Source: Neocallimastix sp. 'constans' (lineage: Eukaryota). Taken from it: DNA of 64,000 nucleotides. The notes beneath the pieces were generated by a model. That model was not told the DNA's origin. It saw only the letters and a program-made list of their open reading frames with translations, and ran no database searches. The DNA lies in contig JBODTK010000012.1 in NCBI GenBank assembly GCA_050613775.1, forward strand, positions 434,001 to 498,000, written 5' to 3'. Each line of letters starts with the position of its first letter. The first letter of the stretch is position 1. The position numbers and the translations under genes were made by a program. Positions 38,835 to 53,692 of this stretch are shown piece by piece.

Positions 38835-40395
38835 AAAAAAAAAAAAAAAAAAGTCAAATCAAATCAATAATAAATGTAGATGTAATTTATTTTATATTAA
38901 TAAAAAAAAAATACATATATATATATATATTAATTAATTATCTTAAATAAATTATAAATTATTTAATAAATAAATATTACATTAAATAAATAAATACATA
39001 TTGCATTAAATAAATACCTGTTAAATACAGATACATTAAATAAATAATTAATTAATTCTTTGATTTTAAAAAATTTTTTTTTTTTTTTTTTACTATTAAC
39101 ATTATATTAATTAAGAAGAATTTCAATAAACACTTCTTGTGATATGTAAATAGTATTATTATCTTTTTTTTAATACTAATTATGAGTCCATGTCGTTTAT
39201 ATATGAAATGATTAACGATATTATAGTTTTAAAATAATAAAACTTTATATTATATGAAATATGGAATATTATTAACCTAAATAATCAAATTAAAAATTTT
39301 TAATAAAAGGATCAGGAAAACCAATAATTTGTTAATGAATAAAAAAAAAAAATTAAAAAAGTTTTTGATTTTTTTTTTTTTTTTTTTTATATTCATCAAA
39401 AATTATAAGATTTCTGTTTAGAGGAATTCTTATTCGGGATTAGGGTTTGAATTGAAAAAAACTAAAAAGAAATTATGGTCTTCTCCTTCAGAGGCATTTC
39501 CCCTATTAAGCCTGTCCTACTAGATTTTCAGCATGGTTAGTTTACGTATAAATATATACATTTTAGACATACAAATCTAATGTATTAAAACTAATATAAT
39601 TAAAATATATATATAATACATATATAATATATAATATATAATATCATTTTCAATTACAAATTTTTTTTTTTCTTTTTTATTTTTATTATTATTTTTATTT
39701 TTATTATTATTTTTATTTTATTATTAAAATTTTTAAAACTTTTTCTTTTTTTTTTTTTTTTTTTTTCTTTTTATAACTTTATCCTTTAAAAAATTGAAAT
39801 AATTCACTTTTATTCAAGGATATAATTAAAATAATAATACTAAAAAAAAAAAAAAAAAGAAAAGAAAAAGAAAAAAGAAAAAAAGAAAAATAATAATAAT
39901 AAATTTAAATTTAAAAATTTATATTTAATTATAATATTAGGAAAAAAAAATTATAAAAAAATATATATATATAAATATATATATATAACATATTATAAAA
40001 AAAAAAAAAAAAATAAAATTTTGTTTTTAAAAATAATAGTTCATATTTTTAATAAATTAGTTATATTGAAAAATAAAAAGTAGTTATCTTAACTTTTTAT
40101 TTTTATTTTATTAATTTATTTTTTTATAATTTACTTTTTTTTTTTTTTTTTTTTTCTAATATTATTTTTCATTGAAATAAAAATCTTTAATAATTAGAGT
40201 ATTTTAAATAAAATTAATAATATTATATATAATTCTTTCATTTTTTATTATAAAAAAAAATAAAAAAAAAAAAAATTAAAAGATTTTATCATTTTTTATT
40301 GCATTATTATTATTATTATAATTATTATTACTTCTTTTTTAATATTTAAAAATAAATAGTTATTACTTCTCATTATAATATATTATTTTTGTTTC

Positions 40396-40432
<37 letters not shown>

Positions 40433-42383
40433 ATTAATACTACTAAATATATTTATTTTTATATAAATATTATAAATTATAAATTATAATTTAAAATGTT
40501 TATTTTTTTTTTTTAACTGAATGTGTAAAAATATAATAATTATAACAATTATTATTATTATTAATTTTTTTTTATTCTTTTTTTTTTTTTTTTTATATTT
40601 AATTGTTATATATTTTTTATTTTTGTATTTTAAAAAATTACTATATCTTTTTTTTTTTTTTTTTTTTTTTATTTTATTATTTTTTCTTCCGCTCATATAT
40701 ATAATATAAAATTTATTATTTCTTTATTTTTAATATTCATAAATAAAAAAAAAAATTTAAATCAATTTTTTTTTCTGTATATTCTCTTTTTTTTTTTTTT
40801 TTTTTGTGGTTTGTTTTTTGTTTTGATTTTTTTGTTTTACTTTGTTTGAAATAAAGAAAATAATGTTAATGAATAAAAATGTATAAGAAAAAAAAATATA
40901 AACGAAAAAACAAAAGAAAATATTAATAAATATTGTACATTTATTAAAAATAAAAAATAAAGAGCATTGTACCGGATTTTGAAATGAAAAATTAGAATAA
41001 TAAAGAAAAAATTCAATACTTTAGAAAATCAAACTTTCTTTTTAATTTTTCGTTTTTTTTTTTTTTTTCTTTTTTTTATATAAAGTAAATATAAAAATAA
41101 GAAGAGAAGAAATAAAGAAAAAAAATATCATCTTATTTCTTTTCCTTCTCTATCTTATCTTTATCAGACTTTCTAAATCTGAATTTTAAAAGATTTAAAA
41201 AAAATATAGGGACTATTTTTTTTTTTAAATTTAAATTTATTCACCATCCTCCGGCTTACAATTTTTTTTTTTTTATTTTTTATTTTGAATAAAATATATC
41301 TTATTAATATTTATTTAATTTTCATTTTTCTTTTCTTTTCTTTTTATTATTGTTTTATTTTTTTTCTTAAAAAAAGGTTTGTTTTTTATCATTATTTTTC
41401 TATATATTATATATATATAAAAGGAAGAGGTATTAGTTATATAAATTAAAAAATAAAAAAAAAGATAATTGATTTTTTTTTAAATAAGAAAAAATAATAA
41501 CAATAAAAATAATAATAATAAAAAAATAACAAAAAATAAATATAAGGAATTTATTAAACAATTAAAATTAAAATAAAATTTATTTATTATATATTATTTG
41601 AAACTATTTAATAACAATTACTGTATGGGTATTAATACTTATTTAATAATAAAAAAAAAAAAATTAAAATAAAATAACTATATCTAAAATAAAAAAATAA
41701 ATATATATTATTTAATAATAAATCTATCAATAATGTTAATAAAATCATATAAAAAAATGATATTAATATGAAGGCTTCGAATATTTACCTACTATCTCTT
41801 TTTTTTTATTTTTTTGTTTTTATTTTTTTTTTAAATAAAAGGTGTGCTATTTTTTTAACTAAATATATTTTTTCATATTTAGAAGGTATTAAAAGTTTAT
41901 AATAAATAAAGGGTATGGGTATATCAATCTCATCATGATAATGGTATGATCTTAATAACATTTTATTTTTTTTTCATTGTTATTTTTTTTTAATTTTTAT
42001 TGATATAAAATGAATTAAAAAAATTTATTCCATGATATATAATTATTATAAACTTTTTTTTCTTTTACCATTTCTTCATCATTAATACAACGAAATTATA
42101 TATTAAAATGAATATTGCTTAAAGATAAATATATAAAAAAAATTTCATTTCAATTGTATTAAAAGTTTTTTTTGTCATGCCCATTTTAAAATATATAAAA
42201 TATTATTTGATTTTAAATACTACTAAATTAATTTTTTTTCTATATAGGTTGGTAAGTACTAATTTTTTTAGTAAAATGTTTAAAAAAAATAATAAAAATG
42301 TTGTTGATTTTTGTAAATAAATTAATATTGTGTATATACAATTCAATTTCTTTTACAGTAAATTATTATTGAAATATTGCTAT

Positions 42384-43548
42384 TTAGAGGTTTTGGTTAG
42401 CTAAATCAACTCTGTAACTGTTACCATCCCAGAATTCAGCATCAACATGTTGAACTACTATTCTCTTTCCCTTAAAGAATCTCTTCTTTTCCATCATATA
42501 TTTCTTAGCTTCTTCAGCATAAGCTGGTAAAATGTAAACTAATGAAAGATGACCTGGACCTTCATATGGAATTTTTCCTTGAGTTTCCTTAGCAGCCTTT
42601 TCACGTAAAGCTCTTAATGTACCATCTTTATCACCAACAGCAATACCAATACAGTGAACACCTTGAATTTCACGAATTCTATCAACTCTTGAAAAGAATA
42701 ATTCACCAAATCTTTTATTATTATTATCACAATAAAAAACACCAAAATTTTTTATATATTTTGATTAATATACATCATTAAATTAATAATTTAATAAAAT
42801 AAAGATTACTAATTATATATTATATATATTCAAATATTTATTGTTAAATAAAATTATAATTTTAAATATATATTATAATATATATATTTAAAATTACCTG
42901 ATTGAGAAAGATGGGGTAGAACTAAGTAATGATTCGAGATTTTGCATAACTTGTTCTTGCTTTCTAGCTGGAAGATTTAATAAAAATGTAATATTGGTAC
43001 TAGTTTTATCATCAGTACTTTCAGTTATTGGTCTGCCATAATAATCACACTATTTAATATTTAATATTTAAATATAATAAATATATCATTAATAAAGTAC
43101 AGAGTATAAAAAAAAAACATTTTCTTTGTTTATTAAAGTAATCTTTTTTTTTCCTTTTTATAAATATTAATTGTAATTAATATTGTAATTAATTTAAATT
43201 TTGTTTAACAAAACTTTTTATGATATATACATATAATAATTTATGGATTATTATAAATATATTTATATATAATTTTCATTATGGACATATAAAATATATA
43301 TTCTTGTATTCCTTATTTATTTTTAATAAAGTTTATTGTTACTTCAATTATTAACAATAAAGATTATATTGAGAATTTTTCATAAATATATATATATATA
43401 TTGTAAAAAAAAAAAAAAAAAAAAATTTTCCTTGTTTATAAATTTCTCTGATTTATACCTGCCATTCCTTTGGAATATTTTGTTTGAAGGCAATGATATC
43501 ATTTTTAAGATCTCCAGTTAATGGAATATAAGCCCAATTTGATGGCAT
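42384..43548 (-). CDS. 189-aa 2H-phosphoesterase-fold protein (LigT/CPDase-like); exons 43548-43459, 43049-42898, 42711-42384
   Basis: Two GT-AG introns join an open frame: MPSNWAYIPLTGDLKNDIIAFKQNIPKEWQ/CDYYGRPITESTDDKTSTNITFLLNLP...TPSFSIR/FGELFF...YEGPGHLSLVYILP...RVDLANQNL*. The gene model is well supported; the fold call rests on NITF and HLSL motifs ~85 aa apart plus PSFSIRFGEL. Confidence 0.75.
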
Positions 43549-44716
43549 TTTGTATATTATATAATATTTAAAAAGTAGTAAATTTTAAAATGGTAATAAT
43601 TAAATTAATTTTTTTAAATTAAATTGGTTTATTATTAGTTTGCGAAGAAATAGTAATAAAACCTTCTTCCCTATATTTTATTATTTCAAAAGTGATTTTA
43701 AAAAGAAAAAAAAAATTATTTTTTTTAATATCCTTTATCCTATATAATTTTACTATTTATTATTTATTAATAATAAATTATATAATGTATTATTTATAAT
43801 TTATTATTTAATTTTATTATGAATACAATTTTTTGATTATTTATTATTTATTATTTAATGTGTATTAATTGAAATCTGAAATCCAAAAAACAATATTTAC
43901 TATTGTGAACATTACTTTATTATATTATAATACATTTCAATCTATTCTTCATTAAATAGGTGCATATATAAGTTAAAATACTATAAATCATAATTAAATA
44001 AAAATATTATATTTAAAGTGATGTTTAATAATTTTTTATATATCTCTATCCATATATTAAATTGAAAAGTAAATTATTTAAAATATATTGGAGTACATTT
44101 GTCATTTAAATGAATGATGGAAAGTCATCAATTTTCATTTAAACAAGTACTAAATAGAGTTTAAAAAAAAAAAAAAATTTTTTTATTTTATTTTTGTATT
44201 ACCCTAAAAAAGAAAAAAAAAAAAAAAAACTTTAAAAAAAAAAGTTATTCTATTTATTAAATTATTACGAATATATTAAATATATTACACAATTATTTAG
44301 TAGAACGATATTTCAATTTATACAAAAATGCTTTTTTAATTATTACATTTATATTAATGAAATAAAATTAATTATCATAAATCATTGAGTAATATCAATT
44401 ATATTAAATATTAAATATTAAATATTAAATATTATATATTAAATATTATATATTAAATATTATATATTAAATATTAAATTCAATAATACATATTAAATTT
44501 CAAATAATAAATATTAAATATTAAATATTAAATATTACAAAATATTATATTGAAAATAAAAAATAATAATAAAGAATATTTATTTTTATTTTTATAAGCC
44601 ATGAAACATAAGCCATAAAAAAAATAACAGTTTTTTTTAATTTTTTTTTTTTCTTTATAAGCCAACATTAGCAATAAATAATATAAACTTTTTTTTTTAA
44701 ATATAGAAGTTCGAGA

Positions 44717-44755
<39 letters not shown>

Positions 44756-46494
44756 GTATTAAATAATAAAATAATATATTAAAATAATATATATTTTAAT
44801 ACTTTAAATACAAAATAAATCAATGTAATGTTCACTTTATATAATCAAAAAATTCATACGAAATTATACTATTTTAATTATTTGAATAAATAAACTAAAA
44901 ATAAAAAAGAAATATTTCATAATATAGTTTAGGTAATTTTTTATTATAAAATGAAAAGTTCTCTTTTCTTCTTTTTTCCAATTATAACTAAAGTTTTATA
45001 TATATATTATTATTATTATTTTATGATATAATAATCAAATGAATACTTAAAGGGTAACTATATATTTCAAAAAAAAAAATTAACGCTTAATTATAATTCA
45101 TATTATTATTGGAAATAGTAGTTGATGTTGAAGTAGTAATAATACAAGTAGTAATAACCTATTTGTTATATATCAATTTATTATTACTTTTTATTTTATT
45201 GTTTGTTGTTTATTATTAATTATTTTTTTGTTTGTTTTTTATTATAAATGCAGTTTTTTTATTATTTATTATTATTATTTATAGTTATTATTTATTTATT
45301 GATTGATTGATTATTTAATTATTTATTATTTAATTATTTATTTTTTATTTATTTATTATTTATTATATATTATTTATAATTTAATTATTTAATTATTCAT
45401 TATTTATTATTTAATATTTACTATATATAGTGTAAAGATGTATAATAACTTTGAAAGAGTCAAAACCAAGATAATATTTTATTATCATCAATTATTATCT
45501 GCTATTATTATAATTAATATTAGTTTTATTATCAAATATTATTAATATTATAATTAGTATTATTTTTATAATTGATGTTGTAGTTATAGAAATTGAAGTA
45601 TTAAATATTATTATTAATTATTATTATTAATATAGGTAGTGGTAGTGGTAGTAGTCGTAGTAATGGTAGCATGGTAGAAGTAGTTTTTATAAGAAATGAA
45701 TAAATACGAAATAAAATTTCATTGAATTAAAATGAAAATAAAATTAATTACACTCTAATATACATACAATATTATTGGTTAATATATGCAATAAATTAAT
45801 CTATATTTAGATAATTTCAGAGAATATAAAAAAAATTTCCATATTTGAGAAAATTTTCAATTTTTGGCAAATGGTCTATCAAATTTAATTTAATTGTAAA
45901 CATTGTTCTAAACGTATACATTACATGATGTAAAGAAATTGGTATATATATATTGGAGTGTATTTACGATATATAAAATAAACAGTAGATAGAAAAACTT
46001 GATTTCCTTTTTTTTTTTTATTGTTATCCTTTATCATTAATTTGAAATTAGAAAAATTTGAAAATAAAATCTGCAAAATATATAGAATCTATAATAAAAT
46101 AGAATATGTAAAATATCATGAAAATATATATAGAATATATATATAATATAGTATATATATTAGAATAAGCAAACCTATTATATAATAACAATGTTAGCTT
46201 AATAATAATGGGGGATGCTAAATAAAATTGTTTAAATGTTATCTCAATAATAATAATAAATTAAAAAAATTAAAAACTAAAATATAAAATAAATGAACGT
46301 ATAATAAATAAATAGATAAATAATAATTAAAATAAATAAATAGATAAATAATTAAATCATCACTTACAAGATATCAATTAAATAAGTAAATAAATAAATA
46401 ATAATTAAAGAAATGATTATATTACAAATAAATGAACAAATTAATCTATCTGTTATTTATTATTATAAATTATAAATTATAATTTATAAATTAT

Positions 46495-46775
46495 AATTTA
46501 TTATTTATTATTTATTATTTAATTATTTATTATTTATTATTCATTTATTTATTATTTATTATTTAATTTTTTATTATTTATTATTTATTATTTATTATTT
46601 ATTATTTATTATTCAATTATTCAATTATTTGTTATTTATTATTTATTATTTATTATTTATTATTTATTATTTATTATTTATTATTTATTATTTATTATTT
46701 ATTATTTATTATTTATTATTTATTATTTATTATTTATTTATTATTCAATTATTTATTATTCAATTATTTATTATT
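46495..46775. repeat. (TTTATTA)n array; short (TAACATG)4 nearby at 46930-46960
   Basis: Directly visible. Confidence 0.9.
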
Positions 46776-48241
46776 ATAATCATCTATGTATTATTTACTA
46801 TTTTAATCTCAATCACAACAAAAACACCATTAACAATAAAATATGACATAATTTTTGCACATTTGGATGTACAATACTATGTTATATTATTAATAATGTA
46901 ATGTATACTTAGAAATACAATTTTTTGTGTAACATGTAACATGTAACATGTAACATGTAAAAATCAAAATCTTTTTTTAATCTTCAAAATGGTAAAGGGA
47001 AAAAAAATTTAGTATTAAAAGAATAAATAAATGATGCTATATATATATAAATACAATGTAAAAAAATAAAAATAGAAAAAAAGAGATAAGGTGCTTAGTA
47101 TATATAAATTTATTTATAACAGCAATATATATTAAATACTGATAATAATAAAATAGGTTTTATTACGAATATTGAAATAATAAAAAAGATTTGATTATGA
47201 ATATTGAAATAAAAAATGCAAGAAAAATTACATATATAAATAATATAAAAATATATTTATATTACTATTAGAATTATGTAATGTAAAAATATATATAATT
47301 AGAACAATTATATTAAAAAGTATTTAAAATACTATTAAATATTAATTAATTATTTTTATTGATTAGTATTTATTTCGTTTTTTAATTTGTTAAAAGAATT
47401 TTTCAAATTTTTTTAAAAAAAAAATAAAATTTTAATTTAAAACACGTGTAAACAAAAACTTTAAATAATTATTTACTTTTTTTTTTTTTTCGAGTATACA
47501 AAAAGGGTAATAATAAAATTGAAAAATTATCAAATATAAATAAGAAATCCAATAAAAGCTTATAAATTCAAAAAAAAAAAAAAAAAAAGTGTTAATAGTA
47601 TAATTAAAAAAATTTCAAAATTTATAATTTCCACAACTATTTATTCAATAAAAATATATATTATGTTTTAACAATAATAATATTAATTTTTTTTAAACTA
47701 AGCATTTAATAATAAATAAAAGCGAAATAAATATTATTAAAAATACTAAGTAATAATTATATTATGTAAAAGGTAATTCAAACAACAAACCTTTAATTTA
47801 AAATAAATTAATTAAAATATATTTAGAATGAAACAAGATTTGAATTTGAATTCTTTGTACAAATGAGTCAATTTCTTCAAAGATCTTGACCCTAAAAATG
47901 TATCATTCAATTTTTTTCTGTATTGACATTTTTAGCTTTGATAGCTCATAATTTATTGAATATTACTGGATAGGAAAAAATAGATATATATAACAACTAA
48001 AAATGAAATAAAAAAAATTATTTTTCTAGAAATCTATGAACAAAAAATAAAGCAAAAAAAAAAATAAAAAATAAAAAATAAATATTAAACTTTTTATTAT
48101 TCCATCATAACTTTTTTTATTATATATATATGTATATCATAATTAATATTCATAGCACTAATTAAAACAACTTAAAGATGGAAAAAAGTATTATTTATTT
48201 ATAAATATCAATTAATTATTAATATTATTTTATTTTAATAC

Positions 48242-48281
<40 letters not shown>

Positions 48282-48379
48282 AAAAAGTTTTTTTTTCTAA
48301 ATGTATATAAGTAATCGCATAATTTAATAAATTTATCAAGTTTTTTTATAATAAAATTTTTTCTTTCTTTTTTTTTCTT

Positions 48380-48421
<42 letters not shown>

Positions 48422-48790
48422 TAATATTATTTAAATATAATGATATTATATATTTTTATAACTAACACTTTTTTTTTATTACGCTATTTTATGCTATTTT
48501 ATAATATATATATTATAGTATTATATGAATTTCTAGTTTACTTTTTTAAACATATATAATTTTTTAATATTAAATATTAATAGGATATTCAAAGATATTA
48601 TTAAAATGATAAATTTATAGAATTGTTTGTAGTTTAGTTAAATAAATATAGGTAATAATATATATATATATAAAAGGCAATTTTAATATTCATAATTACA
48701 TTTAATAATTTACAATAATATTAAACTATTTTAATATTTATTCGAAACTTCTCCTTGTTTTTTTTTTTTTTTTTTTTCATTTTAATTTGT

Positions 48791-49897
48791 TTATAGTGTT
48801 CTATTATTTCTAGCAATTTCGCTTTTACAGTTTGGACAATGGTGAACTGCATCCTTTAGGTCATTAATAAAGAATGGAAGACAACAACAACAACCTGTAA
48901 ATATACATAGAACCATACAAAAAATCCAAACAAAAATATTATCTTCATATATAACTTTAGTTTTAACTTCTTTATTACAATTGGGACATTTAGTTTTAAA
49001 ACTTTTCCGTGGTATTTTAGTATCATCTACTCTTTTTTATCAGTATAAATCATACAATAATAATAAATAGAAATATAAAAATACAATGTAATACAATGCA
49101 ATACATAAAAATAAAAATAAAAATATAAATAAAAATAAAATAAAAAAAAAAAATTTAGAATTATAAGTAATTGAAATTCATATTAATATATATCTATATT
49201 AATAATAGATTTATATTACTGATAGAATAAGAAAAAAAAAATACTATATTATAAAAAATTCTAATTTTATATTAATGAATATCTAGTTATTTTTATTAAA
49301 AAAAATGTATACATATGATATTTACATTATTATAACTTCTGAATTATTTATTCCATCTGTTTTTCTTCCTTGTTCCTGGTTTTCTGGTGGTGGAACTGAA
49401 GTATTTTGTACTAATCTATCATTCATCGGTGGCTCATAAGGGGGAGGAGCATTATCTATAATATCAGAATGAATAATGGGATAATTATTTTGAGATGGTA
49501 GATTATCTGGATTGTTATTAGATTGATTATAAAGATTAACATTTTGAAGTGGTGCATTAGTATTATCTGGTGAATAAATATTTTGAGGAGATTGATTGAT
49601 TAGAACACCATTATCTGGTGGAATATTTGAATCAGCATTTGAAAGAGATGGATAGATTAGAGCTGCATTATTTAATGGAATATTTGAATTAATATTTGGA
49701 GGAGGTGGATTAACTGGAACACCATTATTTAATGGAATATTTGAATTAATATTTGGAGGAGGTGGATTAACTGGAATACCATTATTTAATGGAATATTTG
49801 AATTAACATCTAGAGGAGGTGTAACACCATTATTTTGTGGAATATTTGAATTAGTATTTTGAGTAGGTGGGATATTATTATTAATCGGTTGACTCAT
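48791..49897 (-). CDS. LITAF-domain protein, 270 aa; exons 49897-49326 and 49031-48791
   Basis: Pro/Asn-rich N-terminus with a PPPY motif and a 60-nt internal repeat. Exon 2 reads CPNC...VWIFCMVLCIFTGCCCCLPFF...HHCPNC (CxxC-hydrophobic-HxCxxC). In-frame GT-AG intron. Confidence 0.92.
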
Positions 49898-50276
49898 TTT
49901 TTTTTTTTTTAATTACATTTAATTTTATTTTTTTTTTATCTTGTTAAGATACTTACATATATATTAAAATAATATTATATATAAATATTAAAATAGATAG
50001 GTTCTATGAAAACTAAATGTATTTTAATTAATTATATATTAGGATAAAATTTAAATGTATAAATGCTTTTATTATTATTATTATATAAATATCTAAAATA
50101 ATATAAAATATTTATTAAACTAAATTTTTTATTATTATATAAAATAATAAAATAATAATAATAATAATAATAATATTAAATTTTTATATTTATTAATTTA
50201 TAAATGACAATAAATTATTATCCCTTGACTTTTATTTTCATATTAATTTTATTCCTTCATAGTAAAAATTTCTTTA

Positions 50277-50310
<34 letters not shown>

Positions 50311-51354
50311 TTTTTTGTAATTCTTATTAAAACTTTATTCTTTTTAAAACTTAATTCTTATTGAAATTAATAATAAATTATTATAATAATATATATTAAT
50401 AAACTTTTTTTCTTTTTTATAGTTTTTAATTTTATAATTTTTTTTTTTATTTTTTGTCATAGTTTTTTTTTTTTTTTTTATTGTCATATTTAAATTATAC
50501 ATAGAAATAAAAAACTGATATTAATAAAGACTGTAATATATTAATAAATAAATTTGTATTGATTATAAAAGTATTTTTTTTAAATATTTTTTATAACTGT
50601 ATTGATTATATAAGTATATTTCATATTATTTTTAAAAACTTTATTGATTATGAAAGTATTCTTTTCTTATCAATTTTAAAAACTTTAATTTGAACATATT
50701 CATTTTGATATGAATTCTTTTTTGTTTTTTTTATTGAAAACTATTTTTTTTTTTAATTAAGAAAATATAAATATATATTATTAATAAAACATTCTTGATG
50801 AACATCTTTTATTCTTAACGAAAGGGGAGGTCAATAAGTCATCCAGTCTCTTCCTTAAATGTATCTGACACTCATTGTATTCTTTACCCTACCGTTTCTT
50901 AGACGAACGAAATTTAATTTATTTAATAATATTTTATACTGTTAAAAAAAAAAAATTAAATATTCTTTATTTAAATAATTAAATAGTATATTATAAACAT
51001 AGTTAATTATAATGTATTGTATTATCATATTTTTTTTTTTTTTGTACTAATCTCAATTACTATTTAGTTAAGTTTACAGTATATCATTTAACATGTTTGA
51101 TTAATAAATAGAGTATGGAATAAAAAAATTAAAATTTAAATTATTATTAAATATCAATTAATTATAGAATGTCATTATATATATATATATTATAATATTA
51201 AAGTATAATACTTATATGTATATATATTATATTATAACATATTATTTAAGTTTTTTTTTTTTTTTTTATTAAATAAATATATATTTTATTTAAAAAAACA
51301 ATTTTTTTTAAATATATATATCTTTTTAATTAATAATTCGTTATTTCATAACCA

Positions 51355-51436
51355 AAAGATAATTGAAATAATAAAAAAATAAAGATAATTGAAATAATAA
51401 AAAAATAAAGATAATTGAAATAATAAAAAAATAAAG
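51355..51436. repeat. 26-bp tandem repeat x3
   Basis: aaagataattgaaataataaaaaaat repeated. Confidence 0.85.
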
Positions 51437-51764
51437 AAAGAAATAATATATATATTAATTAAAATAAAAAAATATTAAATTTAAAATAAAATAGTTAATT
51501 TTTACAATTAGTTTTATAATAAATTTTATAATTAAATTTATAATTAAATAATAATTTTATAATAACAAAATTAATTAATTTAAATAACAAAATATTTTTA
51601 ATTATTTTTATAATAAACAAATTAATTTATTTTATTAATAAATATTTATTTTATTATTCATTTTATTACTTTTATTTTATTTAATTATTCTCTTTATTTA
51701 TAAATCATAAATAGTTTAATTTTAAAGAAAAATATAAATACTTATAAATATTTCATGTAAATAA

Positions 51765-51810
<46 letters not shown>

Positions 51811-52792
51811 TAGTTTTATAATTTTAATAATCACTTTTAATTTTCATAATGTTTAATAAATTTTAATAAAGATTTAAAATTAATTATTAGAAAACAAGTG
51901 TTCTAATAAACCAAATTTTTAGTGTTATTTTAATAAAACATTTTTAATTCGTAAATAACTTATACAGTTATTATTTGAATAAATTGAAATTATCACTTTT
52001 TAATTCTATAATAAAATTAAGATAATTTCTAAAATATATCATTTGTGATACGAAACCACTATAAATATCATATTTAGGTAGAATCTTTAGGTTAAAGAAA
52101 TACTTAAATATTATTGGTCAGCAGTAATTTAATAGTAATATATATAATTTTATAATAATAATTTTAAACGGAGAATTCTTTTATTTATTAGTTTATACTT
52201 ATGGTAAATTAATTCGCATAAATAGCTATTTTTTTATATTTTAGTTTATGTAACGGAGGTGCTTCTATTGTAACGGCGGGACGTGATATAGAAACACAGA
52301 AAGGAAAAAACTCAATAGGTTTACACTATCTTTATAAATAATTCGTTTTATTAGAAATATTTTTTTATTAATTATAAAATTTAAAATAATTATTAATATT
52401 AATCAACAAGGTAATATTTCGAATTACTTATACGTTAATTATTATTAATAAAAGCACGAAGAAAAATATTTTCATTCGTGAAGTTCGCACTATTTATACT
52501 TTTAACGGAAAAACAGTTTTAACATGTAAAAATAATTTTAAAGAAATATTTAGAAATATGTTTGTAATAATTAATAATGTAAAGTTTCTAGAATATAGAT
52601 TTTAATTGATGAAAATGAATCTTATCAAAAAAGAATAAAATAATTTATATAATAAGAATTTCTAAATTCATTTCGGTTGAATTACGAACCGAAAGAATCT
52701 TTAACTTTCTATAATTTTATACAGAAAGAATATTCAAGAAGATATTATTAATAATTAATAAAATAATTAATAAAATAATTATTTATGCAAAA

Positions 52793-52865
52793 TGGGTTGA
52801 GGTGTGAGTCGAACCCATGAAGTATTGATCATGGTCAATGTAACTAACCATTGAACCAGAGTTCT
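52793..52865 (-). ncRNA. tRNA-like Pol III cassette (pseudo-tRNA/SINE head), not a canonical tRNA
   Basis: A box TGGTTCAATGG (52858-52848), stem ATTGA/TCAAT with a 6-nt loop CCATGA, B box GGTTCGACTC (52815-52806), 3' CCA then TTTT. The acceptor stem does not pair. Confidence 0.7.
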
Positions 52866-52879
52866 AATTTTACTAACTG

Positions 52880-53684
52880 TAATACAGAATGAACAAATAA
52901 TACTAATTGTGCTAGAATAATATAAATTATTCTAACCTTATAGATTATTCTAACCTTATAGATTATTCTATTCTATATAATTGGAACTTTCCAATATTCT
53001 TCAAATATTACTAAATAGAAATCTTAAGTTAATAAATCACTAATTAACTTATAATTCCTTTTTGAATTATCGATCCGATTCTATTATAATGTATTAAAAA
53101 TCTTTAGCCAAGAATATTGTCCTTGCCACTTAATATATTAATATTATATTTCTTTTGTATTATGTTATATTGAAAATAATCAAATCTATTTAATTAGTTA
53201 TTAAAATTTTCGTTATCAATTTAAATTTATTTTTAATTACTAAATTTAACTAAACCACAATAAAATATTCTGTATAATCTCTTTATTTTTATTTTATATA
53301 TATTAGTATTAAACTATTATTAAATAATTAATAATTCAATAATATATAACTACTATTTATAACAATAATATTATTAACTAAAATAATAATTCAATTTCAA
53401 TTTAAATGTTTTATTTATAAAAATAATTAGTAATTAGTTTATTAAAAAAATAGTTAGGCTTTACAAATTTTAATTTGATAAAAAAATATAAATACATGTA
53501 ATTTTAGTGAAATAAAATATAATCAATAACTTTCTTTTTATTAAATAAATAATTATATTATTATTTTTCTTTTATAAATTTAAATAAATAAATATTGATT
53601 TTAAAACAAATTATTTTTTTTTATTGTAATTTTATTATTTGTGTTAATTATTATTATATTCCTAAAATTATATGAACCATACCA
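52880..53684 (+). repeat. 5' LTR (TAATAC...ATACCA)
   Basis: Direct repeat of 59123-59927. Confidence 0.95.
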
Positions 53685-53692
53685 TGAAAAAT

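Noticed and set aside
39405..39550. GC-richer island that could be an exon or ncRNA
   Set aside because: Stops in the frames examined and no convincing structure; likely a mobile-element relic.
47825..47975. Minus-strand coding-like relic (KMSIQKKLNDTFLGSRSLKKLTHLYKEFKF)
   Set aside because: Weakly resembles a LINE C-terminal region but is too short to call.
50818..50912. Small GC-richer island (similar one at 33640-33755)
   Set aside because: No intact ORF, TIRs or recognisable RNA motif.
52793..52865. Functional tRNA-Met(CAT)
   Set aside because: Acceptor stem unpaired, 6-nt anticodon loop, mismatched T stem; kept only as a tRNA-like cassette.
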